Assembly (NCBI GenBank): GCA_030770535.1
Contig: JASVEC010000021.1
Coordinates: 248,001 to 312,000, forward strand
Source: Batkoa obscura
Taxonomy: Eukaryota
Reading direction: 5' to 3'
Length of the DNA: 64,000 nucleotides
In this document: positions 36,916-49,409 of the stretch, one piece after another
Layout: every line of letters starts with the position of its first letter
How positions within the stretch are numbered: position 1 is the first letter of the stretch
Notes under the pieces: generated by a model
What the model was told of the DNA's origin: nothing
Databases searched by the model: none
Seen by the model: only the letters and a program-made list of their open reading frames with translations
Made by a program: the position numbers and the translations under genes

Positions 36916-37402
36916 AATAAATACCATCAATAAACGTCACCATCAACCTTCTGATAAACCAAATTAAGTTATCTTTCATGAGTTCAAAACAACATAGATT
37001 AATTAGAGAAACCATTAAATATGTTATCCAACTTCAACTTTCTCTTATCTCAAAAGCGTAAAATTACAAACACAAATATCAATCATGTCAATTACTCCAA
37101 CCCAATTATACGAGTTTAAGCCTAAACTTATCAAAATCTGCATCTTTCTGTTATAAAGTTTAAAAAATCCTTTATTTTCTCTACTTGGAACATTCTATTA
37201 TTGATAAGAATTTTGATAAGACTCGATCAATTCCAATTATAGTTTTAATTTTAGGGTCATGTGATTGGAATTGAAAAACTGTAAAGATGAAAAAGGTGTG
37301 GGAAACTGGAGAAATTACAACATCACTTGAATTTACAAAAGAATAAAAAATGATAAGAACTATATTAAATTTTTTAATTTTTTATCTATTTGTATAACAT
37401 AA

Positions 37403-40400
37403 ATGGCTGATCATGAAGGAGATAAGGGCGATGAGCAAGGGGATAAAGATACTATTTTAGAAGCAGATGGTAAACATTAAATTTTCATCTCCAAACATCA
37501 CTTATATTTCCAAGGCACCAATTCCGTTGACTTGATTGAAGAACCGGAGGTAGAAAGAAAACCAAAGGACGTCCGTTCAATTCATTTTAGCGAAGAGCCT
37601 GAACAAATAATACAATCAAGCGATCTCTTTCCGTTAAATTTTTCGAGTTCCTTACCGAATAATTATAGTTCATTAAAATCAAGAGCGAAATCCAAAGATT
37701 GGAATCTTGAGCCTGAATCAAATTATACAGTTGCAGCAGACGCCAATGATGCATATATAAAGTTTCAGGATAGATATCCCGATAATTATAATCTTAATAA
37801 TTCAATCCGATATTCTGCTTTATTTGGTAGAGAAGAAGATTATTTTGCTAAAAAATCAAAAACTATTTTATCAGAGTCTTTTATACAGCCTGGCGGAGGA
37901 ATGATGAGCCCAGAATCAGATATGAGTTCTTATGGCACTTTTAAGTCCAAAATATCCGAATATGATGTTATTTTGGCGGATGGTACAAAACAAAAGAGAA
38001 CAGTTTCGCTTTCGAGCAATTTCGAAGAGTTAAAGTAAGTCAATTTGTTATAAAGTGATAAAAAATTTATTAAAGTTTAATCATTTTTTAACAGTGATAT
38101 CAACCCTTTGTTATCTAACAGCAAAACCAAAATAAATAAGCATAAAAGTAGCTTAAATCAAATACCTGAAGTATCCGAAACATTACCAATTTTAAATAAC
38201 AATAATATCAGTGAACCTGGTACCACTACTGCTATGGATTATTTTTACAGTTTTTTACCCGATTTTACCTTGACTCAAAAAAAAGTGATCAAATCAAGCT
38301 TAGCTTATTTCATAGGTTCATTACTCACCTTTATACCTTACTTCAGAGGGTTAATAGGAACCTCCTCACATATGGCAGCTATCTCCTGTTTTTTCTTAAA
38401 CCCAGGACAATCCATTGGACAATTTATAGAAAGTATGGCCTATGGTGTGATGTTTGTGTTATTTGGTTTAGTTGTAAGCTACCTTTCCCTTTGTAATATG
38501 GCATTTTGGAATAGTTATAAACTATATATGGTGGCTGATATAACCACTTGGTTATTGTTTATTGGTGGGGCTTCTTTTATCTTGGCTTATATTAAGGCAA
38601 AATATCCTAAACCTACCGTTGGGAAATGTAAGTTCTGAATATGTTATTTTTAAAAGATAGAGATTAATGAGAATTTATTTTAGGTATCCCTAATGCTTTT
38701 ATATTTATTTATATCGTTTTAGTTAATTATACACCATTTGTTGGAGATACTGTAAATCCATTTAAAATTTATGATTTAGCAAAAACACTTTCTTCAGGTA
38801 TTTTACTCAATTTTATCATCTGTACTCAACTTTGGCCAAGATGGGAAGCGGACAAATTGAGGTAAAATTAAATATTGAAATTTGTTTTTATATTAAGCGT
38901 GATGTTTATTAGGGCTGACATGGTGACCTCATTAGAATCTTTTAAAACTGGTTTATCGACAATAGTTAAAACCTTTTTGTTAGAAGAAATCAAAGATTTT
39001 AGCCCTAATCAAATTGAAGATTTAATGACTAAAAATCGAGGTTATTTTTTAACATTAAAACAAAGGTATAATGCCTCTTATTGGGAATTTCATTTAGAAC
39101 AAGAAAAATATTTTACAATGGGGAAAGTAGTTGATAGGTTAAATCGATTAGGTCAAAAATTAGGTGGATTAAGTTCAGGTATTGATGCTCAAAAAGAAAT
39201 ATTAGAAATGTGTGGAATTGATGTTAATTTGGATTATATTAAAAATTTAAAGGATAAATCTAAATTACGTAGATTCAGTAAACATAGTTCAATATTTAAT
39301 GAAAATAAAAATAAAAAGGATACAACTACTACAACAGCTAATAAGAGCAGTAATACTAAAGATAAGAATAATGAAGGCGATGATGATTTAATATTAGAGC
39401 CTAATTTAGATACTTTTTGTAATTTTTTAAAATTTATTGGACCGCCTACAAAAGCATTAACATTTACATGTAAACAGGCAATTAGTCATTTAATTAACGT
39501 TATTAAAACATTAGATAAAAAGAAAGATTTACCTGCTATTTATTATTGGAATTCAATGGACGATATAGATAATAATGAAACAATCTCAATTGAACAATTA
39601 AAATTAAATATAAGAAATGCACTAGAATTATTTGATGAAGCTCAATCCCATGCAATTTGTTCTTTATATAAAAGGACTTCTTATGATGGTAGACCAACAG
39701 AAGAAATATTTTTAGTTTATTTTTTTGTATTTGCATTAGAAGAATTTGCTAATGAATTAATATTAACAATTGATTCTTTTGAACAAATGGTTAATTTCCC
39801 TAATTTAAATAGAGCTGGTTGGTTTATGAATTTAAAATCTCAATTAATGGCTATTGTCACTATTGTTTATGATAATACAAAACATACATTTGATAAATTA
39901 ACGAATACAATAAAAAAACAAGATAAAGAAATAACAACCGATCAAGACAGTGATCCTATTGAAAGGCCATTACATTATCCATCTCCAAAAACGAAGTACC
40001 AAACATTTCGTGCTAATCTTTGGTATTTTTTAATGAGTTTAAGAGACTATCGTATTATATTTGCATTAAAATCTTCAATTGCTGCTTTATTAGTATCTTC
40101 TCCAATATATGTTTTAGGTTATAAAGAATTGTGTAAAAATTGGCGGATAGGATGGACATTAATTACTTTAAACTTAGTTATGTCACCTACTATAGGTGCT
40201 TCTAATATCTATGGGATTTATCGATTATCAGGAACTGTATTAGGATCTGTAATAGCATATATTGTATATGCTATATTTACACATGATGTCATTTCGTTAA
40301 CAATTATATCATCCGTAGTAGCTATTCCATGTTTATATATTTTTGTAGCTACATCGATCCCTAAATTTGGTCAATTTACACTATTAAGTTATAATTTAAT

Positions 40401-41265
40401 TGTATTAACTACTTATGCAAATCGACACGATGTTGAGTTTTCATTTGAAGAATATGCTTTTATTAGAGCAGCTTCAGTAACAGCAGGTGTATTTATTGGT
40501 TTAATCTTTTGTTTTTTTATATTTCCATATGAAGCACGTAAAGAATTAAGATTGGGATTGAGTGCCTTTTTCTTAAATTTATCTAAATTATATATGAAAT
40601 TGGTAGAAATGTATTCAAAACCACGCTCAAGGAAAGAAAGCAACAATAACAATAACAAGTTATTACAAAACCCCAATTTGGCTAATGAAGATAGCGAATA
40701 TTTAAATGATCTTTCTGATTTCTTAGACTTAGAACTAAAATTACAACGCGATTTATTAGAATTAATAGCCTTACTTCCCAACACTGCTCATGAACCTAGA
40801 CTAAAAGGACCCTTCCCAACCTCCACATATAAAAAAATGTTAACTTCTAGTCAAATTTTATTAGATAAATTTGTAGCTATGAGAATAGTAATAACTCATA
40901 AAGAATGGCAAAGCAAAGTGAGAGAAGATTTTGTACTACCCTTAAATAAATATCGAAAAGATTTAGTAGGTTGTATGATATTACAATTCCATATCTTAGC
41001 ATCCACATTAGTATTAAAAACCCCATTACCTCCTTATCTTCCTCCAGCTCATCAAGCAAGAAAAAGATTGGTCTTAGCATTAAGAGAATTAGCTGTTGTA
41101 AGAAATAGAGTGCTGTTTAAAGAAGACAGTCATCACATTGTTTACTATGCCTTTGTTGTAGTATTAGATGATCTAATTGATGAATTGGATGAAATTGCTG
41201 AGAATATCAAATCCTTATTTGGAGTTATGACTTGCTATCCTTTAGTAGAGTTGGATATAGTTTAA
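37403..41265 (+). CDS. FUSC/ArAE (Bre4/YGL140C-like) multi-pass membrane protein, 4 introns
   Basis: KSSLAYFIGSLLTFIP, NPGQSIG, QLWP, EEIFLVYFFVFALEEFA, FALKS, W..GW.L.T...VMSPTIGAS, FPYEARKELR, HEPRLKGPFP, PLPPYLP. Confidence 0.85.
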
Positions 41266-41487
41266 TGAAGTTTAGGTGTATTATAATATTATAGGGAGTT
41301 TTATTGTTATTTTGAATAATAAAATATTTTACAAAAAAATTAAGCTTTAATTTAATCGCTTTATTTAGATTTAATTTTTTATTCTTAAAAACCATTTTTA
41401 AGAATAGATAAAAACTTGAATTTTATTTCCAATTTTTTTTTCGAAAATATTAAAACCTCCCCTTTTTACAATTTTAAAGTTTTAAAA

Positions 41488-44121
41488 ATGGGAAAAAGAA
41501 ATCGTCAAAATAAAAAGAATGAAAAAAACTCTGTTCCAGCCGAAGTAATTGATGATGAGCGATTTAGCAAAGTCCATCATGATCCACGATTTAATCAACC
41601 CAAATTAAATAACAACAAAATTAAAGTGGATACTCGATTTAAATCCATGTTAAAAAAAGGGATGGAATTTCAATCGGATGGTAAATTTAAGTTTATAATT
41701 AATGGGAAATAAAAACAGAGAAAAATCGAATAGGAATAATCAAAGAAACAAATAAACTAATATCTGTCTTTTTAAATAGCCAAAGTCGATAAATATGGTC
41801 GAAAAGTAAAAGTTGATGCTAAAGAAGAATTAAGTAAATTCTATCAATTGAGTGAATCCGAAGACGAAGATGAATCTAATTCTGAAGACGAAGATTTGGA
41901 TGAAGAAGAGAAGAAGAAATTAATTTTTGCACGTTCGAGAGGAGAGGTATTGTTAGGTAGTGATAGTGAAGAAGATGAAGATGAAGGAGAATCTACAGAA
42001 GAAGAATATGATGAAGAAATGGAAGTCGAGGAACAAGTGGAGCAAGTGATATTTTTATAAAAATCATATGAAAATTTGTATTTAGTTAATAATAATTATT
42101 AGGTACCTAGAGGTGATGAAACTTGTAGATTTGCTTGTATGAATATGGATTGGGATAATATTAGAGTAAGACATTGAGCTAATCTTATTTTTTATTTAAT
42201 TTAGTTCTTTTTATTTATTAGTGTAAAGATTTGTTTAAAGTATTTAATAGTTTTAAACCGGAGGGGGGTATGATTAAATCAATTGCTATTTATCCAAGTG
42301 AATTTGGTAAAGAAAGAATTGAACATGTAAGTTTATAGTTTATCATTAAATATAAATATAAATATAAATATAAGTACTGAATAAGTATATTTTATTATTG
42401 TTGTTCTTATTCTTATCCTTGTTCTTATAAAATAGGAAAATAAATATGGACCACCAAAAGATATTTTTGATATTAAAGAAGATGAAGAAGATAGTAATGA
42501 AGAAGATGATGAAGAAGAAGATAAAGATAATATAATCCAAGAAGATGATGGGGATGAATTTAATCAAGAAAATTTGAGAAAATATCAATTAGAAAGATTA
42601 AAGTAAGTTCAAAACGATAATAAAAATTATTATTATATGTTACATATAATAGCTACATATATTTATATTCATCAATACTAATGATTATTAATGTATTTAT
42701 TTTAACTAGATATTACTATGCTGTAGTTGAATGTGATTCTATAAAAACAGCTAAAAAAATTTACGATTCTTGCGATGGGGATGAATATGAATCAACTGCT
42801 AATTTTTTTGATTTAAGATTTATACCGGATGAAATGACTTTTGATGATAAACCAAGGTAAATTTAAATAAATACATACACAATTAATTAAGATATTAATA
42901 TTTTTTACTTTTTTATTAGAGAAATCACTTATGAGGAAGATATCAATTACAAATCTACCCCATTTGTAACTAAAGTAAATCTTTTAAAAACTTATTTTCA
43001 TAACTCATAAATTGTATTAAATTTCTTACTCTTTAGGCCTTAACCAATAGCAAAGTAAGTTTAACTTGGGACCAAGATGAACCTGAACGTATTCAAATGT
43101 TACAGAAAAGTTTTACAGAACAAGAAATTGATAATTTAAATTTTGATGCCTTTTTAGCTTCTTCTGATGATGAACCAGAGGAAGAAAAGAGTAAATTAAG
43201 ACAAAAATATTTGGATTTAATCAAAAATGGAAATAGTGAAGATGAGGAAAAGAATACTGATGAGGATAGTGATAACGATGGAGAAATGGAAATTACTTTT
43301 AATCCTGGATTGAAAGAAGAGAAAGATGAAAAGTCAGAATCTGAGGTTGAAGAAATGGAAGAAGACCAAGTTCAACAAGTAGTTTTAACAAAATGTAATG
43401 TTGAATTTATATTGATTTTATTTTATTTTATTTAGGAAACTACGGTTGAAAAATATTTACGTAAAGAAAGGGAAAGGATTGCAAAAAAGAAAGCAGCTAA
43501 ATTAGAAAAGAAACAAATCAAAATAGGTAAAATAGAATAATAGAATATATTAAATAAATAATTAGCTAATGTCAACATAAATAGATGAATCTGAATCTCA
43601 ACCCAAATCTAAGAAAGAGCTTAGAGAAGAAGAAGAAGCTAGAAAGGCAGAACTAGAATTGGTATTAATGGACGAAGGAGAAGACAATATTCAACAACAT
43701 TTTGATATTAAACAAATTATTAAAGCAGAAAAACAAAAATCTGGAAATAAAAAAAGGAAATCAAAGGTCGATACAGAACTTATTCAAGATAATTTTAAAA
43801 TGGATGTCACGGATGATCGATTTAAACAAGTTCATGAATCTCACCATTTTGCAATCGATCCTACTCATCCTCAATTTAAACCAACCAAGGCAATGAAAGA
43901 TATTTTAAGTGAAAGACAACGTAGGTTAGCTAATAAGGAAGATAATATTATAGAGGATAAGATCCAAGATCAACCAATTAAAAATGAAGCTAAAGAAATC
44001 AATAATTTAATTAGCGCAGTAAGTTTTATTTATTTTATTCATTGAAATTATATTATTTATCCAATTTTAGGTTAAACGTAAAGCTCAACAATTTAAACAA
44101 ACAAGTAAACGTAACAAATAA
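41488..44121 (+). CDS. ESF1: Pre-rRNA processing protein ESF1, multi-intron
   Basis: [83 protein letters not shown]......[13 protein letters not shown] (NUC153). Confidence 0.93.
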
Positions 44122-44280
44122 TTAACTATATTATAATTACATATTATAAATATATGACTTTTTTATGTTTAATAATAAAATATAGAATTTCAAATGTTTA
44201 AAAGTACATTATATTTATATCTCTTATTTTAACTTTATAATTTATAAATTTTATTAACCATTATTATTTTAATATAATAT

Positions 44281-46607
44281 TTAATCTTTAGGAAGTGAAC
44301 ACATTTCACAATCTGTTTGATCAGATGAATTAATAAATGTACAATGTCTACATGCCCATGTACTACTACTAGACTGACCAGATTCTTCAATGGATTCTAA
44401 TATTAACTATTAATACAAAATTAAATAATAATAGTAATAAATTTACCTTCATTATGTTCCAACAAAGCTAAAACAGTTAACCAACCATTGGATTGAGTCA
44501 ACATTTGATAAGCTGAATCTGCATCAAAATCATCATCATCATATTTGGTAGCTAAATTGATAGTTAAATCTAACTCATCCTAATACAATATAGAATATCA
44601 ATTAATTTATAAACTGTTAATAGAATTATTAATATTTACCTTTGATAAAACTTCTTTATATTTTAAAAATAATAAAAAATGAAAATCTGATAATGCTTGA
44701 GGTAAGGAATAATCTTCCATTCTTTTTTTCAAAATATTAATATCCCCTTTTTCAAATACTCGATTCTCAATTGCAAACGATTCCATATTTTTAAACATAG
44801 GCTCAGGAGAGGATGGGAATCCATGAGATACCTAACAATCAATTATTTCTATTTTTAATCAATAACTTTGTAGCTTTATATTCCTTACATTAACTAATAA
44901 ATACTCCACCGGAAAAGAAGGGGATGCATTTTGTTTAACAGTAACATTATATTCATTTTTAAATTTATAAAAAATTTCAGGTACATATCGAGTTTGACTA
45001 GCTTCACATACCAATACTTTAGAAGGTTGTACTGAAGCTTGTATAATATCTGCTTGTACCATAGCCATCCCCGAATTAGATATTTGATAAGCATCAATAT
45101 CAATATCTCCTTCAAGATTACCTAATAAAAACACAGATTAAATATAAAGGTATTAATATTAATATTGTATGGTTTTATAATGAATTAAATTTTATACATA
45201 CCAGTAACTACACAAGTTAAAAATTTCGAACCAAATTGACCTGATTTTGAATATCTAGAAACATTAGGATACTTTAATTGCATTGAAGCTGAAAATATGG
45301 CTTCTTGACTAGATAAAAAGTACGAATTTAAATGTCTTTTACATAGTACTTTACCACTACCATCTCCTCTATCTACTAAATCGGTATATATAATGCCTAG
45401 TATGTTTAAGCCAAATAAACCAGCTGCTTGTTTTAATTTTTCATCATTTTCATCATTTAATGAAATATTTAATTCATCAATAGAATTCTCTTGTTCAGGT
45501 TCATAAATAGCTTCTACAACTGCTTTGATCCCCAATGGTACTTCTAAATATGGTTTGTATTCTCCTAATAAATAACCGATTCTTTGGGTACCCGTGGTTC
45601 TCCAAAATCGAATAAAATTATCCACTACTGCTGCAGAAGCAAATTCAACATGGTCAACAAATCGAAACGTCTAATTGAAATTTTAAAATTATTGATTAAT
45701 CATATCATTTTAATAGGCTTTAATTTTACCTGTCGTTGAAGTGTAATTGCACTAGGTTGGCATTTTGTACATATACCTTGTGGCCAAGGAGCATGACCAC
45801 CACTACATTTAGCTTTAACTTGAAAATCTTCTTCTTCTAATGGGGCTGAGTAAGGATCAAAGTTAGATGTTCCTCTTTTATGTTTTGGGTATATTTGTCG
45901 AAGGTAAGAATGAAAAGATAAATGTTTAATCCCTTTTTCTTCTAAATAATTCGCATCATAAGGCTAAACAAATAGATTTTAGTATATTTATGTTTCAATG
46001 GATAATGACTTACTTCTAATGGCATACAATAATCACACATCCCATTCGATGCATGCTTACAACTTTTAAAAATATGGTTATTGTTTTTTTGCTTTTTATA
46101 TTAATTTAAATTTACAATTTACTATCTTTTCCTCTTTTAATTAATCCATCTTCTTTATCTAATAATTTATCAATCTCGTCTTCAATGATTTGTTTTTTGG
46201 TCATTGGTGTAGGTTCTTTATTGTTTTTTAAAGTTATATATAGCATATCACCATGTCTTGAAATTAAATTAATAACAAAATCATTTAAAAATAAAGAATA
46301 ATTACTTTAAGCCATAGCTTTGAATGGAAGCGTTTTGATTCAGATCTAATTGATTAGTTTTATTCGGATCACTACTGAATATAATTTCATTATCTTGTGG
46401 CAAATTTAAGTGTTGGTGGACCTAAGAGTTTAATTAATCTTTTGTAAGCAAATCAAAACTTAAAAGTTACTTTATTTATGATTTCAAACACACTTTCTTC
46501 TGCTTGAAACTCCAATCGAAAAGTACCTTCACCACTACGGAATCTTAACAACTACTCACAGATTAATTATAGTTCTTAGCTATTTAGTTTTTTGTTGTTT
46601 TTACCAT
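44281..46607 (-). CDS. NPL4: Nuclear protein localization 4 (Cdc48/p97 cofactor) with C-terminal NZF
   Basis: ATG-only exon, then [97 protein letters not shown]...DCEMCSLP. Confidence 0.95.
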
Positions 46608-47254
46608 TTTTTTCTGTTTTTTATAAAAAATAAAAACTACAAATTCCTTAGCTATATTTATACTATTACGTAGCACTTGTTTAGTATGAGTAATTCTACT
46701 TAGTGTTAGAAAATTGATTTTATTGGATTATTTATTGAAAAGCTTAAATTTGAAAAACAACATTGAATAATGGTTATATAAATAGTGTTGTGATTATAAA
46801 TTATAATCTAAGTTGTAATCAATTTTTTAGTGAATGTAGTATTTATTTGTTTGATTCCTCAAGTTAATAGTAGTCATTTAAAGCACTAAAATAATTACTG
46901 AACTCTTAGAATATGTAATAACGCTAACTAAACTTATTTTGAAGAATTAAGATCAGAATTCATATTTATTTCATTCATCTAATAAAACGAAAGTATAAAA
47001 TTATAAATATTACTATCCTTAACTAATAATTATGGCTATAAACTTTAAACTGGATTAGAAATCTAATCAAACTTGGTACATAAATAAAATCAAACATATA
47101 CCAACCTGTCACTCGAAGCTATAAAACAAATACAACTAATTCATAATAACATCATACCAATGAATGTAAATTAATAATTCATATTTATTAAACTGACAAA
47201 AATATCATTTTATTATCTACCTAGTAGTTATTCCCACTCTTTGAACTTTGTTGT

Positions 47255-47717
47255 TTAAACTGATTTAGTCAATTTTCCATAGATATGTAAAGCAAATACA
47301 GAAGCAATAAGTACTAAACTTAATACTAATACAACTACTGGATCACTAAAAAAATTGAAAATCAATTTTAATATTTTTTCATTCTTTTTAGAATAATAGG
47401 ATAAACAACTTACACTTTCAATCCAGGAGAATCGTCAGAATATAATCTTAACATGTTTTGTGTAGATGGGCCGCTAGGTTTATCTTCATTTTGTTTTACA
47501 GCTCTACGACTGGAAGATAAAATGATTATATTGGATATGTTAGTTTGATTTAATTCTTTTTTCAAAATTTAAAGTACCGAATATTACGACGAGGACCTGA
47601 AAAACCATCGGGTTTGGAACTTGGTACGCCTTGTGGTGGGGTCTATTTAAAAAAAATCATATGTAAATTTCTTTCTTATTTTATTATTGATTTTTAAATA
47701 TTTACTGCTGAACTCAT
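47255..47717 (-). CDS. SBH1: Sec61 translocon beta subunit, 3 introns
   Basis: Spliced product ends [39 protein letters not shown]; absent from the ORF track because the exons are short. Confidence 0.9.
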
Positions 47718-49409
47718 TTTTATTTATAAAAGATAATTTCCAATTTTCAGTCTTTGAAGTTTGTTAGTTTTTGAAAATTTCAATAAATTTGGAGCCAATC
47801 AAATATTGACAGAAAGGTTTTCTGTAGTTGACTAATAATTAAAAGGGATGCCACATTTTACTATTTGCTTTGTGAAATCGAATAGATTTATTTTAGCTTA
47901 TTAAATTGAAAACTTTGAAAAGTATGATATATGAATATAGAAAATATCAAAAGTAGTTTAAAGGATCGCTCAAATATAAACACTGAGGAGTACACTTCTC
48001 CTTAATGAGTTTGCCATTTTTTTAACTTTATCAAGGTTTTTAAACCTTAAATCTCAAATACTATTATACTGTTGGTTTATTTTTGTTAAAACTCGAAAAA
48101 ACAAAAACGAGAACTGATAATTTTTAATATAGCTGAGAGATATTATTAGATAATAAAATAAATTATAACAAAGCTAATTTATTGAGTCAGTAAAAATAAT
48201 ACACATTTAACATAAAAACTTAAAGCAACAAATAGCTATCGGTTATTTAAATCTTGTTTTACAATAAAATAATAACGTTTTTTAATGATTGATCAAGTTG
48301 GGTTAATATTTAACTTTATTATCACTGGGAAATATGCCTGCTTCAAAACGCATAATGATATTGTCAAATATTAACATTCTCATCGCTTTCAAGGTGATGT
48401 ATTCACTATTGGTCATGATGGTGCATATAACATTGAATATATCCGAGCAAGTCATGATCAACTAATAATGAATAATAGATCCTTATGTATAAGTTCTCAA
48501 ATTCCTGACGAATCTCATCAAATAATTTTGGAGATAATTGTCCAGGGAATAAAGAATTTTGTATTATACGTTGTCAAAATCTTATCTCGATGATGCAATG
48601 CACTTTCAGCCAAATCGCGATTTTGCTCTATTGTTACAATTTCCTGAGCTATCCTTTGATAATATTCCGCGTCCAATAATAATGCATCCAGATAGTGATG
48701 AATCTACTGCACCTTTCATCTCTGCTAATGGAATCAGCCCCTACAACTCGCAAGCATCGTTTTGGCTTCCTATTATAGGATCTGCTAGCACTGGTGATAC
48801 ATGTAAATATGATGTGGAGCTTATTCTTGATAAAGCTTACAGTATGGAGTTACCATGACATTTTAGAAAGGGAAGCAATATCATCTATCTGAAGGATGGT
48901 GCGGGCTATTTAGGTAGTAAAGATGAAAGTCTTTGTTCTTATGATAATCCTCTACAAGCACTTATAAAACTGGTGCTTGGAAATTTACCCACTGTCTTCT
49001 TTTTAGCTAATGACACTATTATATAACAAATTTTACTAAGGCTAACTATGGGCTTACTATGCATTCTGATACCATGTATAAACCATTGCGAATTAAATTA
49101 ATGTGTTAGATAGAATTTTAAAACTCTAATTGATAAAATACGATTTATAAACCTCCAACCCAATAAAATAAACCTTAAAACTACTCTTTATTATAAACAA
49201 ACTGCATTTGAATGAATTCTAATGTTTGGGACAATAATGAATTTATAATCAACATCAATAAAATTCAAAATTTTAGCTAGCATTGATACCAAATTAGGAA
49301 ATACGGTATTTTAGCCCCATTTCAAATGGAAGCCTAACCATGAAAATTGGAGACCAAGAATAATCATATAAAACTAAAGCAAATTACTTCACAATTATTT
49401 TTTTAGATA

